A stretch of DNA of 32,000 nucleotides, taken from Candidatus Arthromitus sp. SFB-rat-Yit (GTDB lineage Bacteria; Bacillota; Clostridia; Clostridiales; Clostridiaceae). Each line of letters begins with the position of its first letter. The first letter of the stretch is position 1. The stretch covers positions 1,080,001 through 1,112,000 of the forward strand of contig NC_016012.1 in the NCBI RefSeq assembly GCF_000283555.1. The letters are read 5' to 3'. Below, one piece after another: positions 1-8,255 of this stretch. A model generated the notes under the pieces. That model was not told where the DNA came from. It saw nothing but the letters and a program-made list of their open reading frames with translations, and did not search any database. The position numbers and the translations under genes are program-made.

Positions 1-41
1 TATGGAACATACATCCTCTTATTTTTTCGAATACTACTCAT
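1..41 (-). CDS. N-terminal fragment of an ABC permease (FtsX/BceB-type), continuing past the window start
   Basis: ATG at 41-39 (minus), 27 nt downstream of the ATPase stop, reads MSSIRKNKRMYVP. The basic R-K-N-K-R stretch is typical of FtsX-type permease N-termini, and Bce-type ATPase genes are normally followed by their permease. Only 13 codons are visible and there is no clear SD. Confidence 0.4.
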   Translation of the reverse strand, partial: MSSIRKNKRMYVP

Positions 42-67
42 AGCAAGTTTGAGATAAAAATTTATTT

Positions 68-853
68 TCATTTTCTTGCTCCTCCTGTTATGAGTAAAGT
101 CAATGTATCTGAAATTTTTTGATAAAATTGATCATCTGTATCATCCCCACGATAAATTTGATGAAATACTTCTCCATCTTTAATAAATAAAACACGATTT
201 GCTACACTTGCAGCTCTAACCGAATGCGTTACCATTAGAATTGTTTGACCTATATTGTTAACCTCTACAAAAAGGCGAAGCAACTCATCAGTAGCTCTAG
301 AATCTAATGCACCCGTTGGTTCATCAGCAAGAATTATTTTAGGATTATTTATCATTGCCCGTGCAACAGCAGCTCTCTGCTTTTGACCTCCAGATACCTC
401 ATATGGATACTTTTTAAGAAGCTTGTGAATACCAAGTCGTTCTGATATTGATACCAAACGATCATGCATTTCTGTGTAATGTTTCCCTGCAAGTACGAGA
501 GGTAAATAAATATTATCCTCCAAAGTAAAAGTATCCAACAAATTAAAATCCTGAAATACAAATCCAAGATTATCTCTCCGAAAATTTGCAATAAATGATT
601 CCCTAATTTTAGAAATATCATTGCCATCTAAAATAACACTTCCACTTGTTGGCTTATCAATTGCTGCCATAATATTCAAAAGAGTACTCTTACCTGATCC
701 AGATTCGCCCATGATAGAAACAAACTCACCCTTCTCTACACTGAAATTTACATTTTTTAACACCTCAACTTTATTTCCCCCAAAACGAGTACTATAAACC
801 TTTTTTAAACTATTTACTTCCAAAATACTCATAGATGTTGTTCCTCCACTCAA
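68..853 (-). CDS. ABC transporter ATP-binding protein (BceA/MacB-like, peptide-antibiotic export type)
   Basis: Walker A GESGSGKST, ABC signature VSGGQKQR, Walker B ILADEPT, H-loop VTHS. SD GGAGGAA lies upstream of the ATG at 853. Confidence 0.95.
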   Translation of the reverse strand: MSGGTTSMSILEVNSLKKVYSTRFGGNKVEVLKNVNFSVEKGEFVSIMGESGSGKSTLLNIMAAIDKPTSGSVILDGNDISKIRESFIANFRRDNLGFVFQDFNLLDTFTLEDNIYLPLVLAGKHYTEMHDRLVSISERLGIHKLLKKYPYEVSGGQKQRAAVARAMINNPKIILADEPTGALDSRATDELLRLFVEVNNIGQTILMVTHSVRAASVANRVLFIKDGEVFHQIYRGDDTDDQFYQKISDTLTLLITGGARK

Positions 854-873
854 TTTTATGATGTTATTTTAAC

Positions 874-916
874 AAAAAAGGGAAATGACCCACCATCGAT
901 TTGGCTTACATTTCCC
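874..916 (-). terminator. Hairpin plus T-run between the kinase and ABC genes (candidate terminator of the RR-HK unit)
   Basis: Minus strand reads GGGAAATG-(21 nt)-CATTTCCC followed by TTTTTTG. The loop is long, so this is a moderate call only. Confidence 0.4.
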
Positions 917-923
917 AAGCTAA

Positions 924-943
924 ACCTTACATTTTTGTAAGGT
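924..943. promoter_or_regulatory. Perfect palindrome ACCTTACA-N4-TGTAAGGT, candidate binding site for the adjacent OmpR/BceR-type regulator (or a small hairpin)
   Basis: Has 8-bp perfect arms and starts 1 nt after the kinase stop, about 80 nt upstream of the ABC ATPase start. A further TGTAAG half-site (minus strand) lies at 905-910. Confidence 0.4.
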
Positions 944-944
944 A

Positions 945-1931
945 CTAATCTCTTTTAAAATTATTTTGTTCTAAATTAATATGTACTATTGTTCCCTTAT
1001 AAAGTTCAGATGTAACATAAATATCAATCTCAAGATTATTACAAATTCGTTTACAAAGGTAAAGTCCAATTCCACTAGCCTTTTTATAAATCCTTCCGTT
1101 ATATCCCGTATATCCCTTCTCAAAAATACGAGATAAATCTTCTGGTGCTATACCAATTCCTGTATCCTCAATACAAAGTATTGCACCTTTAATATAAATT
1201 TTAATACTACCCTTACGAGTATACTTCAAAGCATTAGACAAAAGCTGATCGATTACAAAAGAAAACCATTTCTCATCTGTTACAATTATTCTTTCTATAG
1301 CGTCATATTCAATCCTAATCTTACGATCAATAAACTCAGAAGCAAATCTTGCAATTGAATGCTTTATAATATCCCCAACATTATGTTTCCTAAAAACATA
1401 ATCATTATAATCTGACTCAAGTTTCATAAATGCTAAAACCATTTCAACATACTGACTTATTTGTGATAAATCCGAAGATAATTTCCTAGAAATTAAAGTA
1501 TCTTCATTTTGTAAAGTAAGCTGCATTGAAGTAATAGGTATCTTGATTTGATGTACCCATAAAGTATAATATTCCATAAGATTTTTGTAACGTTCAGATG
1601 TAGATGCATTTAATTGTGAGACTTCACTCTTCAAGGATTCTATAACTTCTTGGTAATCACTATCTTCAATGCATTCAATAGATGGCATATAAGAGATCAT
1701 ATCAGCTGTTAATTTTTTCATTATTATAATCTGATTATGTTTACGCATTTTATTTAAAAATCCTATGCAAATAAATACGACACCAAAAATCAAACATATT
1801 AATGACGGATATATGACAGCTTTAAGTGGTAAACGATATAAAATAAAACTAACAATGAAAAATAAACAAAATAAGGTCCACACAAGAATTCCTTTTCTAT
1901 GTTGTTTTATATATAACAAAAATAATTTCAT
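945..1931 (-). CDS. Sensor histidine kinase, intramembrane-sensing BceS-like
   Basis: Two N-terminal TM helices with a minimal loop. H-box HQIKIPITS, N-box DQLLSNALKYT, G-boxes EDTGIGI and GIGLYL. Start moved to the ATG at 1931 (MKLFLLY), preceded by GAGAGG; the ORF-track start at 1946 is an alternative. Confidence 0.9.
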   Translation of the reverse strand: MKLFLLYIKQHRKGILVWTLFCLFFIVSFILYRLPLKAVIYPSLICLIFGVVFICIGFLNKMRKHNQIIIMKKLTADMISYMPSIECIEDSDYQEVIESLKSEVSQLNASTSERYKNLMEYYTLWVHQIKIPITSMQLTLQNEDTLISRKLSSDLSQISQYVEMVLAFMKLESDYNDYVFRKHNVGDIIKHSIARFASEFIDRKIRIEYDAIERIIVTDEKWFSFVIDQLLSNALKYTRKGSIKIYIKGAILCIEDTGIGIAPEDLSRIFEKGYTGYNGRIYKKASGIGLYLCKRICNNLEIDIYVTSELYKGTIVHINLEQNNFKRD

Positions 1932-1965
1932 TGAAACCTCTCTCATTTTAGTAATTCTCTAAATT

Positions 1966-2637
1966 TCACTCAACAATATATCCAACACCAACCCTAGTGG
2001 TAATAAAATTTTCAAGTCCTGAAGAATCTAATTTCTTTCGTAATCTATTAACATTAACTGTCAGTGTATTTTCATCAATAAAAGATTCTGTTTTCCATAA
2101 TCTTTCCATAATTTTTTCTCTACTTACAACCTTACCCTTATTCTCCATAAGACATAAAAGAATTCTATATTCATTTTTTGTAAGAGCTATCTTATTATTA
2201 TTAAACGTAAGCGTATCATCCTCCATATTCAAAAATGCACCTCTGTGCTCCAACACCGAAACACTCTGTATAAAATCATAGGCTCTACGTAACATAGCCT
2301 GTACCTTTGCCACCAACACATTCATATCAAAAGGTTTAGCTATAAAATCATCTGCCCCCATATTCATTGCCATTACAATATTCATGTTATCAGACGCAGA
2401 GGATATAAATATAATCGGAATATTTGAAATTTTTCGAATTTCCCTACACCAATGATATCCATCGAAAAATGGAAGAGAAATATCAAGCAAAACAATATGT
2501 GGATTATAAGATTTAAAATCAGTAAGAACCATCCTAAAATCCTCTATAACATATAAATCCAAATCCCACATCTTCATTTTCTCTTTAATTGCCTCAGCAA
2601 TTCTAAAATCATCTTCAACAATTAACAATCTATACAT
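1966..2637 (-). CDS. OmpR-family response regulator (BceR-like)
   Basis: Receiver domain (LLIVEDD, VLLDISLP, AKPF) plus winged-helix output (LTKNEYRIL, TRVGVGY). Start set at MYRLLIVEDD (ATG 2637), because the longer ORF to 2718 runs through the tRNA terminator hairpin. Confidence 0.92.
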   Translation of the reverse strand: MYRLLIVEDDFRIAEAIKEKMKMWDLDLYVIEDFRMVLTDFKSYNPHIVLLDISLPFFDGYHWCREIRKISNIPIIFISSASDNMNIVMAMNMGADDFIAKPFDMNVLVAKVQAMLRRAYDFIQSVSVLEHRGAFLNMEDDTLTFNNNKIALTKNEYRILLCLMENKGKVVSREKIMERLWKTESFIDENTLTVNVNRLRKKLDSSGLENFITTRVGVGYIVE

Positions 2638-2688
2638 TTTACATACCATTCCCCACCAAAAATTTTCACATAAAATGATATTAACTTT

Positions 2689-2724
2689 AAAAATAAAAAC
2701 ACCGTAACTGAAAATCAATTACGG
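2689..2724 (-). terminator. Rho-independent terminator downstream of tRNA-Arg
   Basis: Minus strand reads CCGTAATTGATTTTCAGTTACGG (6 bp + 3 bp stem) followed by TGTTTTTATTTTT. Confidence 0.65.
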
Positions 2725-2731
2725 CATTTTT

Positions 2732-2808
2732 TGGCGCACCTAGCAGGGTTCGAACCTGCGACCTTTGGATTCGAAGTCCAACACTCTATCCAGCTGAGCT
2801 ATAGATGC
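2732..2808 (-). tRNA. tRNA-Arg, anticodon UCG, CCA encoded
   Basis: Hand-folded 77-nt cloverleaf. Acceptor GCATCTA/TAGGTGC, D-stem GCTC/GAGT, anticodon stem TTGGA/TCCAA with loop CTTCGAA (anticodon TCG), T-arm GCAGG-TTCGAAC-CCTGC, discriminator G, then CCA. Confidence 0.93.
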
Positions 2809-2820
2809 AAAGTATAAGTA

Positions 2821-2850
2821 ATTATACTAAAAATATCTTACCAAATTCAA
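2821..2850 (-). promoter_or_regulatory. Sigma-A type promoter of tRNA-Arg
   Basis: Minus strand reads TTGAAT-N18-TATAAT, with the -10 ending 12 nt before the tRNA 5' end. Confidence 0.6.
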
Positions 2851-2877
2851 TACATTACAATCATAAAAAATTTAATT

Positions 2878-3210
2878 TTATATTTCCTCAAAATCTATAA
2901 GTGGTATTATGTTAATTAAAGGCTCATCATATGGATGAATATTTTTTATTTTCTCAATCACCATTTTTAAATCTTCTTTATTACAAATGGCTTCAACTTT
3001 ATTTTCGAGGACCTCACAAAGTTTATTTTCAAATCCTAAATATGGATTTGATCCTTCAAGAGGTCTAAACACCCCTTTAACCTCAGATACACAAACACAA
3101 TTATCATAATTTCCAACCTTACCGACTCCTGTAGAATTTAAAAGTTCACGTATCTTATCTGTAAAATTGTATGGTATATATACCTCAATTTTAAATCTTT
3201 TAAACTGCAT
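2878..3210 (-). CDS. Small COG3323-type protein (stand-alone PII-like domain related to the YqfO/NIF3 insert)
   Basis: 110 aa. Pattern FKIEVYIP..GVGKVGNYDNC..G.F.P.EGSNPYLG...HPYDEP matches my recollection of this family. SD AAGGAG lies upstream. Confidence 0.65.
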   Translation of the reverse strand: MQFKRFKIEVYIPYNFTDKIRELLNSTGVGKVGNYDNCVCVSEVKGVFRPLEGSNPYLGFENKLCEVLENKVEAICNKEDLKMVIEKIKNIHPYDEPLINIIPLIDFEEI

Positions 3211-3275
3211 AAAAACTCCTTAACACCTTCAAAAGAAAACCATTATAAAACTGTTTTCTTAAATTTGTATTTATT

Positions 3276-4034
3276 TTACCGGATATTGTTGAGCATTGAC
3301 CACATTTCGTCTGCTGTGTTTATCCCCTTCGTTGCCATTTGGTATGCTCTTTGTGCAAGAATCATCTCGGTCATCTCTTGTGCAACATCAACATTTGACA
3401 TTTCAAGATGTCCCTGATAAAAATCTGATTGCACTTGAAACATTATAACATTTTCTCCAGAAGGAACAAAGCTATTCTCTCCCTTAGATATCAAATCTCC
3501 ATTACCAACCGCATCATAAAGATTTATCTTACAAATCCATTTACCATCAGATGTTGAAACCAATCCATTCTTATCTACAATCATATTTTTTGCTGAAAGT
3601 CCTGTGTTCATCGAATCTACTCCGTCAAAATAAGAAACCTCAACCAAATTTCCATTTTTATCAGTAATCCTTCCAAATGTATCAACATTCATAGCTCCAC
3701 TTCTAGTATAAGACACTTGTCCATTGCCATCAGTTATTTTAAAAAATCCATTACCATCTATAGCAATATCTGTATTAATTCCAGTTGGCTGAAGTGATCC
3801 TTGAGATTTATTTCTTCCAATACCTGTTAATTTAACTCCGTTTCCAATCGATGAATTTAATTCTGTTACTGGTACTCCCTTTATATTTAAATCTTTGTGA
3901 AACAAGCTCGAAAATGAACTATCAATTTTTTTATAACCGTGAGTATTTATATTTACCATATTATTAGAAATTATATCTAGCTTCTGTTGCTGTGCTATCA
4001 TTCCACTTTTACTATTGTTAAGGATATAAAACAT
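3276..4034 (-). CDS. flgG: Flagellar basal-body rod protein FlgG (FlhP-like)
   Basis: N-terminal rod motif SGMIAQQQKLDIISNNMVNINTHGYKK and C-terminal LAQRAYQMATKGINTADEMWSMLNNIR. SD AGGAGGTG. Confidence 0.9.
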   Translation of the reverse strand: MFYILNNSKSGMIAQQQKLDIISNNMVNINTHGYKKIDSSFSSLFHKDLNIKGVPVTELNSSIGNGVKLTGIGRNKSQGSLQPTGINTDIAIDGNGFFKITDGNGQVSYTRSGAMNVDTFGRITDKNGNLVEVSYFDGVDSMNTGLSAKNMIVDKNGLVSTSDGKWICKINLYDAVGNGDLISKGENSFVPSGENVIMFQVQSDFYQGHLEMSNVDVAQEMTEMILAQRAYQMATKGINTADEMWSMLNNIR

Positions 4035-4065
4035 ATTTTACACCTCCTACTTAAATAATTTTAAA

Positions 4066-4827
4066 TTAAACTTTCCCAATATCATTTGCAGAAATACGTA
4101 AACTTTCATCCAAATATCCAAGTATCTTCATAGTACTTTCAAAACTTCTAAGAGTATTTGTTAAATTTACCATTTCAATCGCTGGATCAACTTCAGAAAC
4201 TTCAATATTATTATTACGAACCTTCGAAGTTAATATCTCCGTTACTCCATCTCCTTTATATAAATTGTTCCCAACTTTTTCTATAGTTTGCTTATCTTGA
4301 AAATCTGAAATCCTAATTCTATAATAAGCTTGATTATCTACAATTAAATTGTTATATCCATCCACAGAAATATTCGTTGCAAGTCCAACATTAATTGGTT
4401 CATAATTTCCATTTCTTAAATTCACTCCCATAACCGAAGCTCCTGTTGAAGTTTTTAAATTCCCAATTTCATCAAGAACAAAAGATCCATCTCTGGTATA
4501 ATACTCTTGACCTCCTTGAATAACTGTAAAAAATCCATCTCCAATAAGAGCAAAATCTGTAAATTTATCCGTTTGTTTTAAACTTCCTTGATCAAATTTC
4601 GTTCTAGTAGAATCTATCTTTGATCCAATAGACATTCCTCCCAAATTTTTAAAACTGCTAAATCCATTATCTTTGTTAGCCATCATAACTTTATCAAACT
4701 GAGAAATAATTAAATCATCAGGCTTAAATCCAGGTGTACTTATATTGGTTAGATTATTTGTTATGACAGCTTGCTTAGCTTCAAGACTTACAAGTCCAGA
4801 AATAGCTGTATACATTCCTCTAATCAT
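4066..4827 (-). CDS. Flagellar basal-body rod protein, FlgF/FlgG family (FlhO-like)
   Basis: N-terminal MIRGMYTAISGL..ITNNLTNISTPGFK and the conserved C-terminal rod-protein helix. Confidence 0.88.
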   Translation of the reverse strand: MIRGMYTAISGLVSLEAKQAVITNNLTNISTPGFKPDDLIISQFDKVMMANKDNGFSSFKNLGGMSIGSKIDSTRTKFDQGSLKQTDKFTDFALIGDGFFTVIQGGQEYYTRDGSFVLDEIGNLKTSTGASVMGVNLRNGNYEPINVGLATNISVDGYNNLIVDNQAYYRIRISDFQDKQTIEKVGNNLYKGDGVTEILTSKVRNNNIEVSEVDPAIEMVNLTNTLRSFESTMKILGYLDESLRISANDIGKV

Positions 4828-4839
4828 AGTCTTACCTCA

Positions 4840-5088
4840 TTAACTATCATTATTTTGTTTTTGGATGTTATCCAAAGATGCCTTAATTTCCTCAATCTCT
4901 TTTTGAATTTCAAAAATTGTTTCTCCTATTTCATGTCTAAATGAAATTAAATCAGACTTTGTGACATTATCTCCAAAATCTGATTTATTTATTAATTCTG
5001 CAAATTTGCCTTTATTTTTTTGATTATTCATAATCTTTTCTATAACAAAACAACAAACTATTAATCCAAATGACAAAAATATTAACAC
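4840..5088 (-). CDS. Small single-pass membrane protein with a C-terminal coiled-coil-like segment, function unknown
   Basis: 82 aa with a GTG start preceded by AGGAGGGG. Packed between fliA and the rod genes (27 nt and 12 nt gaps). Has an N-terminal hydrophobic helix and a charged heptad-like tail EIQKEIEEIKASLDNIQKQ. Confidence 0.6.
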   Translation of the reverse strand: MLIFLSFGLIVCCFVIEKIMNNQKNKGKFAELINKSDFGDNVTKSDLISFRHEIGETIFEIQKEIEEIKASLDNIQKQNNDS

Positions 5089-5115
5089 TAGGTCTTTCCC
5101 CTCCTAATAGGATTA

Positions 5116-5925
5116 CTAATTATAAATTCGTTTGTCATAATAATATTTTTCCATAATAGTTTTCAAATTTTTAAGAGCCCTATTATGAATTTGACACACT
5201 CTAGACTCTGATACTTTTAATATTTTTCCAATTTCTTTAAGAGTCATACACTTTATATAATAATAGTAAATAACTTTTTTATCTTTTTCTCTCAAGCTAT
5301 CTATTGCTTGTCCTAAATATTCAACAACTTCTTTATCTTCAAGAGCACTCTCAGGGTTTGGACTATTTGTATCTTTTATTGTGTTTATAAGAGAAATATT
5401 ATCATCATCCGAAAATATCATGTTCTCCAAAGACACTTTCGATACATAGTTAACATAATTTTCAATAGTACCTACCTCACCAACAGAAAGATCAAGGTAA
5501 TTTGCTATATCCAAAACCCCGGGCTCTCTCATCAAAGTATTTCTAAGCACTTCTACTGCTTTGTTATACTTATTTAACTTGTCCGCAATTCCCTTAGATA
5601 CAGGACTATTTTTTCTTATCTCATCAATCATAGCTCCCTTAATTCTAATAGAAGCATAAGTTGAAAATTTCATTCCCTTACTTTTGTCAAACTTACTAAT
5701 TGCGTCCATTAATCCAATCATTCCATATCCTACTAAATCATCAAATTCCATATATTTTGATTTTCCCGTTATCACCTTAGATGCTATATACATAACAATA
5801 GGGATATAATTTTCAACAACTATATCATCATTATCTATCTTTTTAATGCTTGTACTCATTTCAGATTCATCATTGTAGTCATTTTGTTTTTTACTGTCCT
5901 CAACCTTAGTAACATCTGCTATCAT
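5116..5925 (-). CDS. fliA: Flagellar sigma factor FliA/SigD (sigma-28)
   Basis: Region 2 (DLVGYGMIGLMDAISKFD), region 3 and region 4 HTH (LKEIGKILKVSESRVCQIHNRALKNLK). Start moved to the ATG at 5925 (MIADVTK), which has AGGAGGAAA 7 nt upstream. Confidence 0.92.
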   Translation of the reverse strand: MIADVTKVEDSKKQNDYNDESEMSTSIKKIDNDDIVVENYIPIVMYIASKVITGKSKYMEFDDLVGYGMIGLMDAISKFDKSKGMKFSTYASIRIKGAMIDEIRKNSPVSKGIADKLNKYNKAVEVLRNTLMREPGVLDIANYLDLSVGEVGTIENYVNYVSKVSLENMIFSDDDNISLINTIKDTNSPNPESALEDKEVVEYLGQAIDSLREKDKKVIYYYYIKCMTLKEIGKILKVSESRVCQIHNRALKNLKTIMEKYYYDKRIYN

Positions 5926-5974
5926 AATAAATTTCCTCCTAAGTTCTCCAATCATTCCCCCATTTTGAAAATTT

Positions 5975-6709
5975 TTAGTCTAAAACATTAATAATAAAAT
6001 CCAAAAAATTAGAATTCTTACTTCCATATTCGTTAATCGTATTTAAATAAATTTTTTCAGCTATTTTATAAAGCTCTATATTCAAAAATTTTTTATCTAT
6101 CAAATCCAGTATTTTAAACTTTACACCACATTTTTTTGTGATAATATCTGTAAGATTTTCAAAATAATTTTTCCAATCTAAATCTTGCGTATAATCTATC
6201 AAAATAATCTGAACTTCTTGTCCACTTAATTTTCCATAACCAATTTTTTCAGTGATTCTATTTAAACTGTCCTCTGTATTATTTGCTAAAATCAAAATAT
6301 TATCACTAATTTTTGAAATTTTAGAATAAACTTGTTCAAAGATGTCCGTAGCATCTAAAAGGATGAGATCTAAATTTTTAAATTGTTGTTCACTCATAAA
6401 TCCACCAATTTTTAAAATTTCTTGATTATATTTACTTTTAAAAATATTATCTGAAAAAATATTTCTACCGATTAATTTATTTGTCTCACCTTCAACAAAT
6501 TTAATACATTTATCTTCATGATTTTCATCATTAAAATCCCTAAATATCACACTTTCCTTGCTCCGTGATATACTTTTACTAATTACATCTAATAAAGCTT
6601 CATTATCATTGTCTGTACAATTTATAAACCCTATAACCTGCAAAGTCTTTTGAAGAGCACTAGCGCTCCTCAAAAGACTTACAAGTGAGCTTGCTTGACT
6701 TCCAATCAT
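5975..6709 (-). CDS. FlhG/YlxH-position protein, apparently MinD/ParA-like but lacking a Walker A P-loop
   Basis: Occupies the flhF-flhG-fliA slot. Hand alignment to FlhG: LQVIGFINCTDNDNE vs IAV.SGKGGVGKS, NLDLILLDATD vs the Walker B/switch region, SDNILILANNTEDSL vs ILIVTTPEPTS. No GK[ST] motif anywhere in the 244 aa. Confidence 0.55.
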   Translation of the reverse strand: MIGSQASSLVSLLRSASALQKTLQVIGFINCTDNDNEALLDVISKSISRSKESVIFRDFNDENHEDKCIKFVEGETNKLIGRNIFSDNIFKSKYNQEILKIGGFMSEQQFKNLDLILLDATDIFEQVYSKISKISDNILILANNTEDSLNRITEKIGYGKLSGQEVQIILIDYTQDLDWKNYFENLTDIITKKCGVKFKILDLIDKKFLNIELYKIAEKIYLNTINEYGSKNSNFLDFIINVLD

Positions 6710-6716
6710 AACTCTC

Positions 6717-8255
6717 TTATTCTCCTAAAATCATATCTAAAATTTCCTCTTTATTTGGTTGCTTAATATCTAGCGGAACATCTTGACCAACTGTAACAAA
6801 ACTTATTGGCAAAGATGTTTTATAACAAATATTTACAAACATACCAAAACTATTTGTTTCATCTAACTTTGTTACTATAACATTTTTAAATTTGATGCCT
6901 TTAAATGAATTTATAAATCCGTCTAAATCTTGCTGTTTCATTCCGGCACTAACAACAAGTGTCACTTCGTCTGATTGAATAGATTGAACAAACATATTAA
7001 GTTCATTTAAATGTATAATATTTTTGTTACTTCTTCCTATCGTATCTACTAAAACAACTTCACACGATTTCATATAATCAAAAACATTTCTTATATCCTC
7101 AAGAGTCGTAACATATTTGTACGGTATATTCATAATGTCTGCGTACATTTTCAATTGTTCAACAGCTCCAACTCTAAACGTGTCTATCGTAACTAATCCT
7201 ACACTCTTGTTTAAATTTAGAGAAAGCATACCCGCAAGTTTTGCAATAGTTGTTGTTTTCCCAGAACCCGTTGGTCCAACTACTACTACTTTGCTTGAAA
7301 TATTAGAGTCATAAATCTTAATTATGTTTGAAAAAATTCCCCTTAAATATTTTTTGACTGCCGATTTATTCATAAGCTCATCTTTTGTTAATGTACAGCT
7401 TGCTCTAATTTCATCACAAAGATCTTTGCATATATCTTGGCTATACAAAATTTCATCTAAATAACTTGGTGATGGTTTAGAAGTCGCAATTTCTCCTACA
7501 ATATTTTTAATCTCATGTATTTCTTTCTTCAATTCATCAAGTGTACAGTTTTTATTATCTCCAATATTACTTTGTTTTATTAAATCAGCGTAATTATTTA
7601 TTGCTTCATTTTGATTTTCATTGATTTGGTTTTGATTCGTAATGTTATTAATCTTAGATACCTCATAATTTGAATCTAAATTGAAATCCATGATAGATGA
7701 ATTAGATTTCATATTGTAATTTTCTAACCTGTTCTTACTTTCCATATTAAATGGATTAATGTTAGCATTTTGATTAACATATGCTGATCCATCTTTGATT
7801 TGATTTGAAAACATATTTTCTGAAAAACCATTAAGTTCTTTGTGTTTCTCCTCGAACAATTTATTGTAATAACTCATAGATTGACTTTGTTCTTGGGGTT
7901 TATAAATATTTGATTGAAAAGAACTTGTCAAAGGTACATTCATATTTGTATTTTTAAAATTCGTTGCATTGTTTAATCCATTTATATCAGTCTGTGATTG
8001 TGCTTGATTAGAAGCTACCGAATTAAAATTGGCACTATTATCAAACTCATCCCCAGGTAATAATCTATTTTCATTAGTATTTGTAGGATTTACAACTCCT
8101 ACCGTAACTTCCAACTTTTTATTTGTAAAAAGTCCTTTTATACCTGGTTGTCTGACTTGCTTTTTACTTATTATGTAAGCATCATCACCAAGCTCATGTT
8201 TAATACAAAATAAAGCCTCATTTATGTCATCTACTAAATACTTTCTAATTATCAT
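6717..8255 (-). CDS. flhF: Flagellar biosynthesis GTPase FlhF (SRP-type)
   Basis: N-terminal B-domain MIIRKYLVDDINEALFCIKHELGDDAYI. G1 GPTGSGKTTT, G2 DTFRVGA, G3 DTIGRS, G4 TKLDET. A long Asn/Gln-rich insert lies in the N-terminal half. Confidence 0.93.
   Translation of the reverse strand: MIIRKYLVDDINEALFCIKHELGDDAYIISKKQVRQPGIKGLFTNKKLEVTVGVVNPTNTNENRLLPGDEFDNSANFNSVASNQAQSQTDINGLNNATNFKNTNMNVPLTSSFQSNIYKPQEQSQSMSYYNKLFEEKHKELNGFSENMFSNQIKDGSAYVNQNANINPFNMESKNRLENYNMKSNSSIMDFNLDSNYEVSKINNITNQNQINENQNEAINNYADLIKQSNIGDNKNCTLDELKKEIHEIKNIVGEIATSKPSPSYLDEILYSQDICKDLCDEIRASCTLTKDELMNKSAVKKYLRGIFSNIIKIYDSNISSKVVVVGPTGSGKTTTIAKLAGMLSLNLNKSVGLVTIDTFRVGAVEQLKMYADIMNIPYKYVTTLEDIRNVFDYMKSCEVVLVDTIGRSNKNIIHLNELNMFVQSIQSDEVTLVVSAGMKQQDLDGFINSFKGIKFKNVIVTKLDETNSFGMFVNICYKTSLPISFVTVGQDVPLDIKQPNKEEILDMILGE

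Noticed and set aside
352-627. 91-aa minus-strand ORF in another frame inside the ABC ATPase gene, and the plus-strand ORFs at 1765-1962 and 1997-2281
   Set aside because: They overlap well-supported genes (ABC ATPase, kinase, regulator) and have no independent signals.
2638-2718. 27-codon N-terminal extension of the response regulator ORF, plus similar extensions of the ORF-track models for fliA, fliP, scpB, hsdS, dac, nudF, purA, the oxidoreductase and lipoprotein 2
   Set aside because: The extension runs through the tRNA terminator hairpin. In each case an internal ATG with a proper SD coincides with the conserved family N-terminus, so the shorter models were used.
2689-2850. tRNA-Arg as an integration hotspot marking the Bce module (1-2637) as a genomic island
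   Set aside because: No integrase is present, no direct repeat of the tRNA 3' end is visible in the window, and the composition does not shift. The module may still be accessory, but the sequence gives no island boundary.
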